Source of the DNA: Actinomycetes bacterium
GTDB taxonomy: Bacteria > Actinomycetota > Actinomycetes > JACCUZ01
Assembly (NCBI GenBank): GCA_038246575.1
Contig: JBBRVU010000003.1
Location: forward strand, 3,421 to 67,420
Length of the DNA stretch: 64,000 nucleotides
Direction: 5' to 3'
Every line of letters starts with the position of its first letter. Positions within the stretch are counted from its first letter, which is position 1. Positions 1 through 8,614 of the stretch are shown piece after piece. The position numbers and the translations under genes are program-made. The notes beneath the pieces were generated by a model. It was not told where the DNA came from, made no database searches, and worked only from the letters and a program-made list of their open reading frames with translations.

Positions 1-1072
1 TGATCCGCCCGGTCTCCGGGTTGGTGTGCCAGTCGTTGATCGTGTCGTCGTACTGGATGCCTGGGTCGGCGCACTCCCACGACGCGACGGCAATCTTGCG
101 CCACAGCTCGCGGGCGTCGGTCGTCTCGATGACCTCGCCGGTCGCGCGGGCCCGCAGGCCGAAGTCGCTGCCCTGCTCGACCGCGCGCATGAACTCGTCG
201 GTGACCCGCACCGAGTTGTTGGCGTTCTGGTACTGCACGGACGTGATGTCCTTGCCGCCCAGGTCCATGTCGAAACCGGCGTCACGCAGCGCGCGGATCT
301 TGTTCTCCTCGCGCGCCTTGGTGCCGACGAACTCCTCGATGTCGGGGTGGTCGACGTCGAGCACGACCATCTTGGCGGCCCGCCGGGTCGCGCCGCCGGA
401 CTTGATCGTGCCGGCCGACGCGTCGGCGCCGCGCATGAACGACACCGGTCCCGAGACCGTCCCGCCCGAGGACAGCAGCTCCTTGGACGAGCGGATCCGC
501 GAGAGGTTGAGGCCGGCACCGGAGCCGCCCTTGAAGATCAGGCCCTCCTCGCGGTACCAGTTCAGGATCGAGTCCATCGTGTCGTCGACGGCGAGGATGA
601 AACACGCCGAGACCTGCTGCGGCGAGGTCGTGCCGACGTTGAACCAGACCGGGGAGTTGAACGAGAACACCTGGTGCAGCAGCGCCCAGGTCAGCTCGTG
701 GTCGAACACCTCGGCGTCGTCCGGCGTCGCGAAGTAGCCGTGCTCGAGGCCGGCGCGGGTGTAGGTCGACACCACGCGGTCGATGAGCTGCTTGAGGCTC
801 CACTCGCGCACGTCGGTGCCGACCGCACCGCGGAAGTACTTGGTGGTGACGATCGTCGAGGCGTTGACCGACCAGCCGTCGGGGAACTCGACCCCGCGCT
901 GCTCGAAGATCGTCTCGCCGGTCTTCCAGTTCTGCTGGACGACGTCGCGCCGCTCCCAGGTCACCTCGTCGTACGGGTGGACGCCCGCCGTGGTGTAGAT
1001 CCGCTCGATGGTCAGGCCCTTGGCCCGGCCCGCCCGGATCACCTGGGGCTTGTCCTGCGACGTCTCCGTCAT
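1..1072 (-). CDS. nrdJ: Class II (B12-dependent) ribonucleotide reductase, N-terminal part; the gene runs off the left edge
   Basis: Own translation from ATG 1072-1070, with SD GGGAGGAG upstream, gives MTETSQDKPQVIRAGRAKGLTIERIYTT...FNSPVWFNVG...ACFILAVDDTMDSILNWY...GGSGAGLNLSRIRSS...ECADPGIQYDDTIN. It is absent from the ORF track because there is no stop inside the window. It lies directly downstream of nrdR. Confidence 0.9.
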   Translation of the reverse strand, partial: MTETSQDKPQVIRAGRAKGLTIERIYTTAGVHPYDEVTWERRDVVQQNWKTGETIFEQRGVEFPDGWSVNASTIVTTKYFRGAVGTDVREWSLKQLIDRVVSTYTRAGLEHGYFATPDDAEVFDHELTWALLHQVFSFNSPVWFNVGTTSPQQVSACFILAVDDTMDSILNWYREEGLIFKGGSGAGLNLSRIRSSKELLSSGGTVSGPVSFMRGADASAGTIKSGGATRRAAKMVVLDVDHPDIEEFVGTKAREENKIRALRDAGFDMDLGGKDITSVQYQNANNSVRVTDEFMRAVEQGSDFGLRARATGEVIETTDARELWRKIAVASWECADPGIQYDDTINDWHTNPETGRI

Positions 1073-1163
1073 CGTGCTCCTCCCGAAACCGCTGAATCCG
1101 TTAGTAGTCAACACGTGCGTACCGACAGAAACTCCGCTCCCGCGGTGCCCCCGGCGTCGTTCT

Positions 1164-1652
1164 CTAGGTCGTGTTCTGGTCGTGCTCGTACGTCTGGTGG
1201 CCCAGGTCGCGCTCGGCGCGCAACAGGGCGATCTCGGCCTCGAACGCGTCGAGGTCGTCGAAGGCGCGGTAGACCGACGCGAAGCGCAGGTAGGCAACCT
1301 CGTCGAGCTCGCGCAGCGGCGTCAGCACCGCCATTCCCACCTCGTGCGCCTCGACCTCGGCGACGCCGCTGGCCCGGATCGACTCCTCGACCCGCTGGGC
1401 GAGCAGCGCCAGGTCGTCGGCGCTGACCGGGCGGCCCTGGCAGGCCTTGCTCACCCCGGAGAGCACCTTCTCCCGGCTGAACGGCTCGCTGGCCCCGGAC
1501 CGCTTGATGACCGCCAGGCTCGCGGTCTCCACGGTCGTGAAGCGCCGCCCGCACTCCGGGCACTGCCGCCGGCGCCGGATCGCGGCCCCGTCGTCGGAGG
1601 CCCGGCTGTCCACGACGCGGCTGTCGCTGTGGCGGCAGAACGGGCAGTGCAT
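1164..1652 (-). CDS. nrdR: Transcriptional repressor NrdR (Zn-ribbon + ATP-cone)
   Basis: [17 protein letters not shown]...[17 protein letters not shown]... within ORF 1164..1874. ATG confirmed at 1652-1650, with SD GAGGAGG upstream. The upstream part of the ORF is a repeat artefact. Confidence 0.93.
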   Translation of the reverse strand: MHCPFCRHSDSRVVDSRASDDGAAIRRRRQCPECGRRFTTVETASLAVIKRSGASEPFSREKVLSGVSKACQGRPVSADDLALLAQRVEESIRASGVAEVEAHEVGMAVLTPLRELDEVAYLRFASVYRAFDDLDAFEAEIALLRAERDLGHQTYEHDQNTT

Positions 1653-1707
1653 GGTCGGGGCCTCCTCTTCGTGGGCGAACGGCTGTGTCCGATGGCCAGA
1701 CGGCCGG

Positions 1708-1776
1708 GTCCTGTGGACCGTCCTGTGCACTGTCCTGTGCACAACCCGGCTCGTCCTGTTCACATCCTGTGAACCC
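1708..1776 (-). repeat. Array of five 12-nt direct repeats (sense T-N-N-ACAGGA-Y) in the nrdR leader
   Basis: Plus strand reads gtcctgtggacc/gtcctgtgcact/gtcctgtgcaca, then a 9-nt gap, then gtcctgttcaca/tcctgtgaaccc. The array lies between the NrdR boxes and the nrdR start codon. Confidence 0.8.
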
Positions 1777-1819
1777 ACATGTGGATAACTACATGGCTGT
1801 GATTCACAAGATGTAGGGG
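1772..1819 (-). promoter_or_regulatory. Two NrdR boxes (1772-1787 and 1804-1819) upstream of nrdR-nrdJ
   Basis: AACCCACATGTGGATA and TCACAAGATGTAGGGG both keep the conserved C4/A6/A8/T9/T11/G13 positions of the 16-bp NrdR palindrome. Their centres are 32 bp apart, which is the canonical tandem spacing. Confidence 0.6.
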
Positions 1820-2067
1820 TAAGCATGGACCGCGACCCCCACATGTGCAAGGTGTTCGACAAGATCTGCGTCAAGATCTTCTCGTCGGGGCATCACCGCA
1901 GGTCAGCGCGCCCGAGAGCCGGCCACAGCGACCGGTGCACCGGCGTGTCGCTGCGCGGTCACAGGTGCCTGTTCGATGCCCCGTTCTGTGCCCGTCTCGC
2001 CCGATTGTCGCCCGTTGGGGCCGGACCCGGTTACCTTGGAGCCCCTTCGCCCCTGCCGAAAGCCACC

Positions 2068-3258
2068 ATGAACACCCTCGATGTGACCGCTGCCCTCGCC
2101 GGGCTCCGCACCACCTCCCCGCAAGAGGTCGTCGCCGCGCTGCGCGAGGCGGCCGCTCCAGTGGCCCGTGACATCGTGCTCTACCTCGTGGACTACGAGC
2201 AGGAGATCCTCCAGCCCTACATCGACGGCTCGGGCCTGGTGGTGCTGGTCGAGGAGCCGGTCGGCTCCACGATGGCGGGCCGAGCGTTCACCTCGGGCGA
2301 ACCGGTCGTCGCCGACCGCGACGACGCCGTGCACGTCTGGGTTCCCGTCTTCGAGCACTCGGTGCGCACCGGGGTCCTGGCGATGACCGTCGAGCACGCC
2401 TCGCCCGAGGTGCTCGTGCACTGCATGTCGCTGGGAACGCTCGCCGGGCTGCTGGTCGCCAGTGCCGGCAGGTACACCGACCTCGTGCACGTCCGCAAGC
2501 GCGGGCGGAGCATGACGCTGGCCGCGAGCATGCAGTGGGACCTCTTGCCGCCGCTGACGATGCGGGCGGACCGCGTCGTCGTGGCCGGAATGCTCGAGCC
2601 GGCCTACGAAGTGGCCGGTGACGGCTTCGACCACAGCATCAACGGTGACCGCGTGGACGTGGCCGTCTTCGACGGCATGGGGCACGGGATCGGCTCGACG
2701 CTGCTGGCAACGCTGGCGATGGGCACCTACCGGCACCAGCGCCGGGAGAACCAGGACCTCGCCACCATGCACGACGTCATCGGCGACGCGGTCGGCCAGC
2801 AGTTCGCGGGCGACTCCTTCGTCACCGGCGTGCTGGCACGACTGAACACCACGACCGGCCACTTCGAGATGACGAACGCCGGGCATCCGGCGCCGCTCCT
2901 GCTGCGCGATCGCAGAGTCGTCGGCGAGATCCTGTGCGAGCCCTCGACTCCGTTCGGCCTGGACGGCGGGTGCGAGGAGGTCGCGACCTTCGACCTGCAA
3001 CCCGGTGACACGGTGGTCCTCTACACCGACGGCGTCGTCGAGGCGCGCGGAGCCGAAGGTCTCGAGTTCGGAGTGGAGCGGCTCGGGGACTTTCTCGAGC
3101 GCGAGGCGGCCTCCGGTCGTGCCCCAGAGGAAGTGCTGCGCCGGCTGGTGCACGCAGTGCTCGAGCACCAGGGCAGTGCGCTGCGCGACGACGCAACGAT
3201 CGTGTTGCTCCAGTGGGACGGGCCTCCGGTGGCGACGATCCCGGCGCAATCCTCCTGA
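2068..3258 (+). CDS. PP2C/SpoIIE-family serine phosphatase with an N-terminal GAF-like sensor domain
   Basis: C-terminal half reads ...AGDGFD...[17 protein letters not shown]...[10 protein letters not shown]...[11 protein letters not shown]...[10 protein letters not shown]...[14 protein letters not shown] at 2068 (MNTLDV...) chosen within ORF 1825..3258. Confidence 0.8.
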   Translation: MNTLDVTAALAGLRTTSPQEVVAALREAAAPVARDIVLYLVDYEQEILQPYIDGSGLVVLVEEPVGSTMAGRAFTSGEPVVADRDDAVHVWVPVFEHSVRTGVLAMTVEHASPEVLVHCMSLGTLAGLLVASAGRYTDLVHVRKRGRSMTLAASMQWDLLPPLTMRADRVVVAGMLEPAYEVAGDGFDHSINGDRVDVAVFDGMGHGIGSTLLATLAMGTYRHQRRENQDLATMHDVIGDAVGQQFAGDSFVTGVLARLNTTTGHFEMTNAGHPAPLLLRDRRVVGEILCEPSTPFGLDGGCEEVATFDLQPGDTVVLYTDGVVEARGAEGLEFGVERLGDFLEREAASGRAPEEVLRRLVHAVLEHQGSALRDDATIVLLQWDGPPVATIPAQSS

Positions 3259-3307
3259 CCACCTGCGCGGCCGACGGGTCCTTGGCAACCGGCCATCGGG
3301 TCTGCGC

Positions 3308-4096
3308 TCAGGTCTGGTCCGCGTGCTGCCACCAGAAGACCGTGCCGCCGCTGGCGAGAACGCCCACGAGCACGACCCCGAGCACTCCCGCGGCCCCGGG
3401 GCTCGACTGGTCGGGACCGGCGACGCCGGAGATCAACGCCGGCACGGACCAGGGAAACCACTCCCCGAAGCCGAGCGCTGCCACGACCTGAGCGGCGAAC
3501 AGGCTGGCCAGCATCGTCGCCATCGCGGGCAGGTAGCCGCGCCCCAGGCAGGCGACGAGGCCGTACGTCGTTGCCAGGGCCGTGGTCAACAGCGCGGTCA
3601 CCACCACGATGCCGACACCGCCACGAGCGACCTGCCACGACCAGCCGGGCAGGCCGAGAACGGCCCCGCTCACCAACGTCAGTGCCACCAGCTGCAGCGT
3701 CAGCAGGAGGGACCAGCCGAGTGCCACGAGCAGCTTGGCGACGACGATCGCCGATCGTGGGGCCGGCAGCGCGAGCAGGTCGGTCGCGGTGCGATCGGCG
3801 AACTCGCGACCGAACAGCCAGATCACGATAACTCCGAAGACGAGCAGGCCACCGAGCGCGACGATCTGCGCGGTGAGGGCGAGGTGGCCGGCCCAGTCCG
3901 CGGCGCTGCCGGTGAGCTGCGCCTTGCTGCCGAGCAGTCCAAGCGCCCGCGCCCGGGCCGGGTCCTGCAGCACGAACATGAAGAAGGCGCCCACCAGACC
4001 GGCCAGCGCGAAGGCGGCAACCGTCACCCAGGGCACGAGCGAACGCCGCACCTTGAGCAGTTCGGCCCCCACCGCCGCGGCGATCTCGCCGGTCAC
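3308..4096 (-). CDS. ABC-2 type transporter permease
   Basis: 262-aa polytopic hydrophobic ORF. Its GTG start overlaps the stop of the upstream ATPase (GTGA). Confidence 0.75.
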   Translation of the reverse strand: MTGEIAAAVGAELLKVRRSLVPWVTVAAFALAGLVGAFFMFVLQDPARARALGLLGSKAQLTGSAADWAGHLALTAQIVALGGLLVFGVIVIWLFGREFADRTATDLLALPAPRSAIVVAKLLVALGWSLLLTLQLVALTLVSGAVLGLPGWSWQVARGGVGIVVVTALLTTALATTYGLVACLGRGYLPAMATMLASLFAAQVVAALGFGEWFPWSVPALISGVAGPDQSSPGAAGVLGVVLVGVLASGGTVFWWQHADQT

Positions 4097-5067
4097 TGCT
4101 GTGCCGACTCAGTGGTCGATGCCGCCGCTGCGACCGGCGGCCCGGCGGTGCCGCCGAGACCGACCAGGTCGAGGAAGTAGCTCTCGAGGTCTGGTTCGGT
4201 GACGGCCAGCCGAGTGGGTGGCACCCCGGCCCCGACCAGGCTGGTCGCGACGAGGTCGGGGTGACCCACCGACCAGCTGTCCTGGAGCACGAGTACGCCG
4301 TCCACGTCGGTCGGCTCCAGACCCGCCTCGCGCAGGACCTGGGCCGCCCGGTGAGCGTCCCTGGTGCGCAGCTCCAGACGAGGGCGCACCCGGGTCGACA
4401 GGACGTCACTGTCGAGCTCGTCCACCAGCCGCCCGTCGTGCAGGACTCCGATGCGGGATGCCAGCCGGGCCACCTCGGAGAGCAGATGACTCGAGAGCAG
4501 CACCGTCGTGCCTTCCTCGGCGACCAGGCGCAGCAGGAGTCGGCGGATCTCCACCACACCGGCCGGGTCGAGGCCGTTGACCGGCTCGTCGAGCACCAGC
4601 AGGGACGGCCGGTGCAGCATCGCCCGGGCCAGCGCGAGGCGCTGCCGGTTGCCCAACGACAACGCGCGGGCACGGCGGTCGGCGTACCGGCCGAGGTCGA
4701 ACAGGTCGATGGCCCGCTCGACGGAGGTGCGGTCCGCGACCTGCCGCAGCCGGCGGGCGACCTCGAGGTTCTCCCGCACGGTCAGCTCGGGGTAGGCCGC
4801 CGGGGTGTCGACGAGGTAGCCGACCCGCGACCACACGGTCCGGTCGCTGACCGGTCGCCCGGTGACCTCGATGCGACCGGCGGTGGGCCGCACCATGCCC
4901 AGCAGCAACCGGATCAGTGTCGTCTTGCCGGCACCGTTGAGTCCGAGCAGGGCGTAGATCTCGCCGGCACGTACGTCGAGGCTGACGCCATCGACCGCGG
5001 TTGTGGTGCCGTAGCGCTTGGTCACCGATCGGGCGGCGATGACCGGCGCTGCCACGTGCGTGCTCAT
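4093..5067 (-). CDS. ABC transporter ATP-binding protein
   Basis: Walker [10 protein letters not shown], signature LSLGNRQRL and Walker B LLVLDEP. Its ATG overlaps the tetR stop (ATGA). Confidence 0.9.
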   Translation of the reverse strand: MSTHVAAPVIAARSVTKRYGTTTAVDGVSLDVRAGEIYALLGLNGAGKTTLIRLLLGMVRPTAGRIEVTGRPVSDRTVWSRVGYLVDTPAAYPELTVRENLEVARRLRQVADRTSVERAIDLFDLGRYADRRARALSLGNRQRLALARAMLHRPSLLVLDEPVNGLDPAGVVEIRRLLLRLVAEEGTTVLLSSHLLSEVARLASRIGVLHDGRLVDELDSDVLSTRVRPRLELRTRDAHRAAQVLREAGLEPTDVDGVLVLQDSWSVGHPDLVATSLVGAGVPPTRLAVTEPDLESYFLDLVGLGGTAGPPVAAAASTTESAQQ

Positions 5068-5645
5068 CGCCCGGCCGTGGTCAGCGCCCGCAGGCCCGCG
5101 AGGGCCTCGTCGACGTGCTCGGGGAGGGAGCCGCCCGAACCGGCCCAGCGGGTCACGGCGACCCCGATCGCCGCCGCACAGGCCGACGCGGCCACCTCGA
5201 TCTCGACAGCAGTGCGAGGCAGGCCGGTGCGCTCGGCCAGCGCGTCGGCGAGATAGCTGACGAGGCTGTCCAGCTGCTCGCGCGACCTGGCTCGCAGCGC
5301 GGGCACCGAGAGGACGAGTGCGGTGCGCTGCCGGATGACCTCGAGATCGGTGGCGTACACCGCGGCCAGCGAGTCGGCGAAGCCGCGCCGGACAGCGGTC
5401 AGGGGGGTCTCACGCGAGGGGCGGGCAATGACCGCCGCCGCGATCATCGGGTCGTAGCCGTCGGCCAGGACGATGTCTTCTTTTGTCGCGAAGTAGCGGA
5501 ACAGCGTGGCCGGCGACACGCCGGCGGCTGCCGCGATCTGCTCGCAGGTCGTCACGTCGTAGTCGGCGGCCGCGATCAGGCGCAGCGCCTCGCGCTGGAT
5601 CGCCGACCGGGTCTGCTCCTTCTTGCGTTCGCGCAGACCCGCCAT
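5064..5645 (-). CDS. TetR/AcrR family transcriptional regulator
   Basis: N-terminal HTH reads RERKKEQTRSAIQREALRLIAAADYDVTTCEQIAAAAGVSPATLFRYFATKEDI. It is the first gene of a tetR-ATPase-permease operon. Start is ATG 5645, or TTG 5648. Confidence 0.88.
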   Translation of the reverse strand: MAGLRERKKEQTRSAIQREALRLIAAADYDVTTCEQIAAAAGVSPATLFRYFATKEDIVLADGYDPMIAAAVIARPSRETPLTAVRRGFADSLAAVYATDLEVIRQRTALVLSVPALRARSREQLDSLVSYLADALAERTGLPRTAVEIEVAASACAAAIGVAVTRWAGSGGSLPEHVDEALAGLRALTTAGR

Positions 5646-5660
5646 CAAGAGCTAATTTCT

Positions 5661-5686
5661 GAGTTACTCACATTTGAGAGTAACTC
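5661..5686. promoter_or_regulatory. Putative TetR operator: 9-bp inverted repeat GAGTTACTC-N8-GAGTAACTC
   Basis: Perfect 9-bp arms in a locally AT-rich patch, 16 bp upstream of the tetR start. Confidence 0.55.
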
Positions 5687-5722
5687 TCATTCGATAGGAC
5701 GGGCAAGCCCTGGCTGTCCGCC

Positions 5723-6136
5723 TCAGCGCGGGGGCAGCAGCAGGACACGCCCTGCGGCGACTGCGGCCGAGTCCAGGGCGTTGAGGTCGATCATGGTCGC
5801 GATGGTCTCGCGCGGGTCGACGCCCGGAGCCTCGCGCCGGGCGATCTCCCACAGGGTCTCCCCCGGCCGCACGGTGACCCGCTCGACCGTGGTGGCGCTG
5901 CCGGAGCCGCGGGCGGTCCCCGCCGTGGCCAGCCCGCCGCCCGTGGCGAGCACGGCGAGGGCCACTGCGACGACGAGGGTGACGCCGGTGATCAGCAGCC
6001 GCGCCCGGCGGGTCAGCCGGGTCGGAGCGCTGTCGGCGGGACGCGCAGGTTCGCTGCTGGTCGGCCGGCTCTGCGCCGCCCGCGTGCTCGGGCGTGACTC
6101 GCGGGCCCATCCCGCCGACACGGTGATCGTGCTCAT
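5723..6136 (-). CDS. LysM-domain membrane protein (ChiZ / Rv2719c-like), divergent from lexA
   Basis: MSTITVS... followed by a TM segment LLITGVTLVVAVALAVLA, then a C-terminal LysM motif VTVRPGETLWEIARR...IDLNAL...GRVLLLP. ATG at 6136 has SD GGAGGAA. The rest of ORF 5723..7012 is antisense to lexA. Confidence 0.8.
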   Translation of the reverse strand: MSTITVSAGWARESRPSTRAAQSRPTSSEPARPADSAPTRLTRRARLLITGVTLVVAVALAVLATGGGLATAGTARGSGSATTVERVTVRPGETLWEIARREAPGVDPRETIATMIDLNALDSAAVAAGRVLLLPPR

Positions 6137-6182
6137 GGTTCCTCCAGCTGCTCGTCGCGCCTCTGCCACACCTTCGACCGAG

Positions 6183-6214
6183 TCGAACGTAAGTTCGATC
6201 GAACGTCTGTACGA
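6183..6214. promoter_or_regulatory. Two abutting LexA (Cheo/SOS) boxes
   Basis: TCGAACGTAAGTTCGA (6183-6198) and TCGAACGTCTGTACGA (6199-6214). Both fit the actinobacterial TCGAAC-N4-GTTCGA consensus. Confidence 0.85.
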
Positions 6215-6251
6215 AGTTTTACCCCATCCCGGCGTCAATATCCAGCATTCT

Positions 6252-6267
6252 TCGAACATGTGTTTGA
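6252..6267. promoter_or_regulatory. Third LexA box, proximal to lexA
   Basis: TCGAACATGTGTTTGA, 95 bp upstream of the lexA ATG. Confidence 0.8.
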
Positions 6268-6361
6268 TTGTGGGCCGGACAATCGCTACGGTGCTGGAGG
6301 GGTTGGACACAACCCGTGGGACAGGGGCGGCGGGGCGCACCCGAGATGAGGCGGAGGCACG

Positions 6362-7090
6362 ATGGCACGCAAGGTGGGCAACGTCGCAGAGATCCCGGAC
6401 GGTCCGACCGACGAGAGCGGCCTGACCCCGCGGCAGCGCCGGGTCCTCGAGGTCATCCGTGACTCGGTCGAGCGCCGCGGCTATCCGCCGAGCATGCGCG
6501 AGATCGGCGAGGCCGTGGGGCTGACCAGCTCCTCCAGCGTCTCCCATCAGCTCTCGACGCTCGAGCGCAAGGGCTACCTGCGCCGTGACCCGAACCGCCC
6601 CCGCGCCATCGAGGTCCGCAGCCCCGAGCCGGGCGGCGCTGTTCGCTCCCCCTCGGCCGACGGGGCCGGTGGCAGCGTCCACGACCTCGAGACCGGCAGC
6701 GGCGACGCCCGGCCGGCCGCTGCCTACATCCCGGTCGTCGGCCGCATCGCTGCCGGTGGCCCGATCCTGGCCGAGGAAGCGGTCGAGGACGTCTTCCCGC
6801 TGCCCCGCCAGGTCGTCGGCGAGGGCACCCTGTTCCTGCTGCAGGTGTCGGGCGACTCGATGGTCGACGCGGCAATCTGCGACGGCGACTGGGTCGTCGT
6901 GCGCCAGCAGCAGGTCGCGGACAACGGCGACATCGTGGCCGCCATGATCGACGGCGAAGCCACTGTGAAGACGTTCAAGCGGCGCGACGGACACGTGTGG
7001 CTGATGCCGCACAACCCGGCCTATGAGCCGATCGCCGGCGATGACGCCACCGTGCTCGGGCGCGTCACCGCGGTGCTACGCCGGCTCTGA
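6362..7090 (+). CDS. lexA: SOS repressor LexA
   Basis: [56 protein letters not shown]...[15 protein letters not shown]...[19 protein letters not shown]...ATVKTF. Confidence 0.95.
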   Translation: MARKVGNVAEIPDGPTDESGLTPRQRRVLEVIRDSVERRGYPPSMREIGEAVGLTSSSSVSHQLSTLERKGYLRRDPNRPRAIEVRSPEPGGAVRSPSADGAGGSVHDLETGSGDARPAAAYIPVVGRIAAGGPILAEEAVEDVFPLPRQVVGEGTLFLLQVSGDSMVDAAICDGDWVVVRQQQVADNGDIVAAMIDGEATVKTFKRRDGHVWLMPHNPAYEPIAGDDATVLGRVTAVLRRL

Positions 7091-7124
7091 CCTGCTGGCT
7101 ACCGCCTGCTGACGGCGGACCCCG

Positions 7125-8579
7125 TCAGCTCTCCGGCACGACGTCGTCGGCGTCCTTGTCCGGGCGCAGTCCGCGCCAGGACGGGTGGCGTAGCCGGCCC
7201 TCGCGGGTCCACTCGGTGAAGGCGACCTCGCCGACCAACCGCGGTGTGACCCAGTGGGCGTCCCGCGCGTGCGCCCGCGGCAGCTCGTCCGCGAACGGGG
7301 GCGTCTTGCGCGCCAGCGGCCGCAGCTGCGTCGCAAGGTCCTCGAGCATCCGCGCGGTGAACCCGGTGCCGACGTGCCCGGCGTACACCAGCCGGTCGTC
7401 CTCGTCGTGCACCCCGAGCAGCAGCGAGCCGATGCCACCGGCCCGGCGTCCCTCCCCCGGGCGCCAGCCGCCGATCACGACCTCCTGGACCTGGACGTGC
7501 TTGACCTTCACCCACGCCCTCGATCGCCGGCCCGTTTCGTAGCGCGAGTCCCGCCGCTTGGCGATCACCCCCTCCAGCCCCTGGTCCTGCGAGACGGCGA
7601 GTGCGGCGGCTCCGTCGCCCTCGAACGCCGGTGGCGCGGCCCAGCGCACGCCGGAAAGCGGCAGCTCGGCCAGCACTGCCCGGCGTTCGTCGTAGGTCAG
7701 TCCGACCAGGGACCGGCCGGCCGCGTGCAGCACGTCGAAGACGAGATAGGTCACCGGCACGCGCGCGCGCAGGCTCTCACCGGGTCGCTGGACGTGCATC
7801 CGCTGCTGCAGCTCGCCGAAGCTCGGCCGGCCGTCGGCATCGAACGCGACGATCTCCCCGTCGAGCACGACCCTTGTCGCCCCGAGAGCGTCGCCGAGCC
7901 CGCGCAGCTCGGGGTAGGTGGCGGTGACGTCTCTGTCGTTGCGGGTGAGCACCCGGACGCTGCCACGGTCGACGTACACCACGGCGCGAACGCCGTCCCA
8001 CTTCATCTCGAACGCCCAGCGCGACTCGTCGGCCGCCGACGGCAGCTCGCCGGGAGTCGCGAGCATCGGCTTGACCAGGTCGGGCAGCGGCTCGGCGTCG
8101 GGGTCGGCCGGCGGGTCCATGCGGTGGATCATCCAGTCCTTCCCGCGGGTGCGGAAGAGGACGTAGCGGCCCTGCGCGCGTTCGCCGGCCAGGACCACCT
8201 TCACCTCGTCGTCGCTCCACTTCTCGCAGACGTAGGTGCCGCGGTCCCAGATCGTCACGGCGCCGCCGCCGTACTCCCCGGCCGGGATGTCGCCGGCGAA
8301 GGACGCGTACTCCAGCGGGTGGTCCTCGGTGTGCACCGCGAGGTGGTTTCGACCGGGGTCGTCGGGCACGCCCTTGGGCAGCGCCCACGACACGAGCACG
8401 CCGGCGCGCTCGAGGCGGAAGTCCCAGTGCAGGCGCCGCGCGTGGTGTTCCTGGATGACGAAGGTGTCGTCCTTCCCCGCGGGCAGGGGGCTCGCAGCGG
8501 GGACCGGCTCCGGCGTGCGGCTGCGGTCCCGCTTGCTGCGGTACGTCGTCAGGGGATCGTCTTTTCGCGCCCGGGCCAT
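7125..8579 (-). CDS. ligD: ATP-dependent DNA ligase LigD with 3'-phosphoesterase + ligase domains and no polymerase domain
   Basis: The N-terminal PE domain reads FVIQEHHARRLHWDFRLE...HTEDHPLEYASF...GGGAVTIWDRGTY. The ligase domain follows, with KxDG (FEMKWDGVRAV). Confidence 0.85.
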   Translation of the reverse strand: MARARKDDPLTTYRSKRDRSRTPEPVPAASPLPAGKDDTFVIQEHHARRLHWDFRLERAGVLVSWALPKGVPDDPGRNHLAVHTEDHPLEYASFAGDIPAGEYGGGAVTIWDRGTYVCEKWSDDEVKVVLAGERAQGRYVLFRTRGKDWMIHRMDPPADPDAEPLPDLVKPMLATPGELPSAADESRWAFEMKWDGVRAVVYVDRGSVRVLTRNDRDVTATYPELRGLGDALGATRVVLDGEIVAFDADGRPSFGELQQRMHVQRPGESLRARVPVTYLVFDVLHAAGRSLVGLTYDERRAVLAELPLSGVRWAAPPAFEGDGAAALAVSQDQGLEGVIAKRRDSRYETGRRSRAWVKVKHVQVQEVVIGGWRPGEGRRAGGIGSLLLGVHDEDDRLVYAGHVGTGFTARMLEDLATQLRPLARKTPPFADELPRAHARDAHWVTPRLVGEVAFTEWTREGRLRHPSWRGLRPDKDADDVVPES

Positions 8580-8614
8580 GACCCCAGTGTTGCCAATGAG
8601 ACCGCGGTCGATGC

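Noticed and set aside
1073-1163. Possible cobalamin riboswitch or other leader between nrdR and nrdJ
   Set aside because: The spacer is only 91 nt and has no B12-box-like sequence. It is simply an intercistronic spacer with SD GGGAGGAG.
26-1426. 466-aa plus-strand ORF (and 21..737) across the left end
   Set aside because: It is antisense to the well-supported nrdJ and nrdR. Its composition is Arg/Gly/Ala/Pro-rich, typical of off-frame ORFs in high-GC DNA, and no motif was recognised.
5723-7012. 429-aa minus ORF suggesting a large protein opposite lexA
   Set aside because: Only the last 137 codons (the LysM protein with its SD and ATG at 6136) are credible. The upstream part is the antisense frame of lexA.
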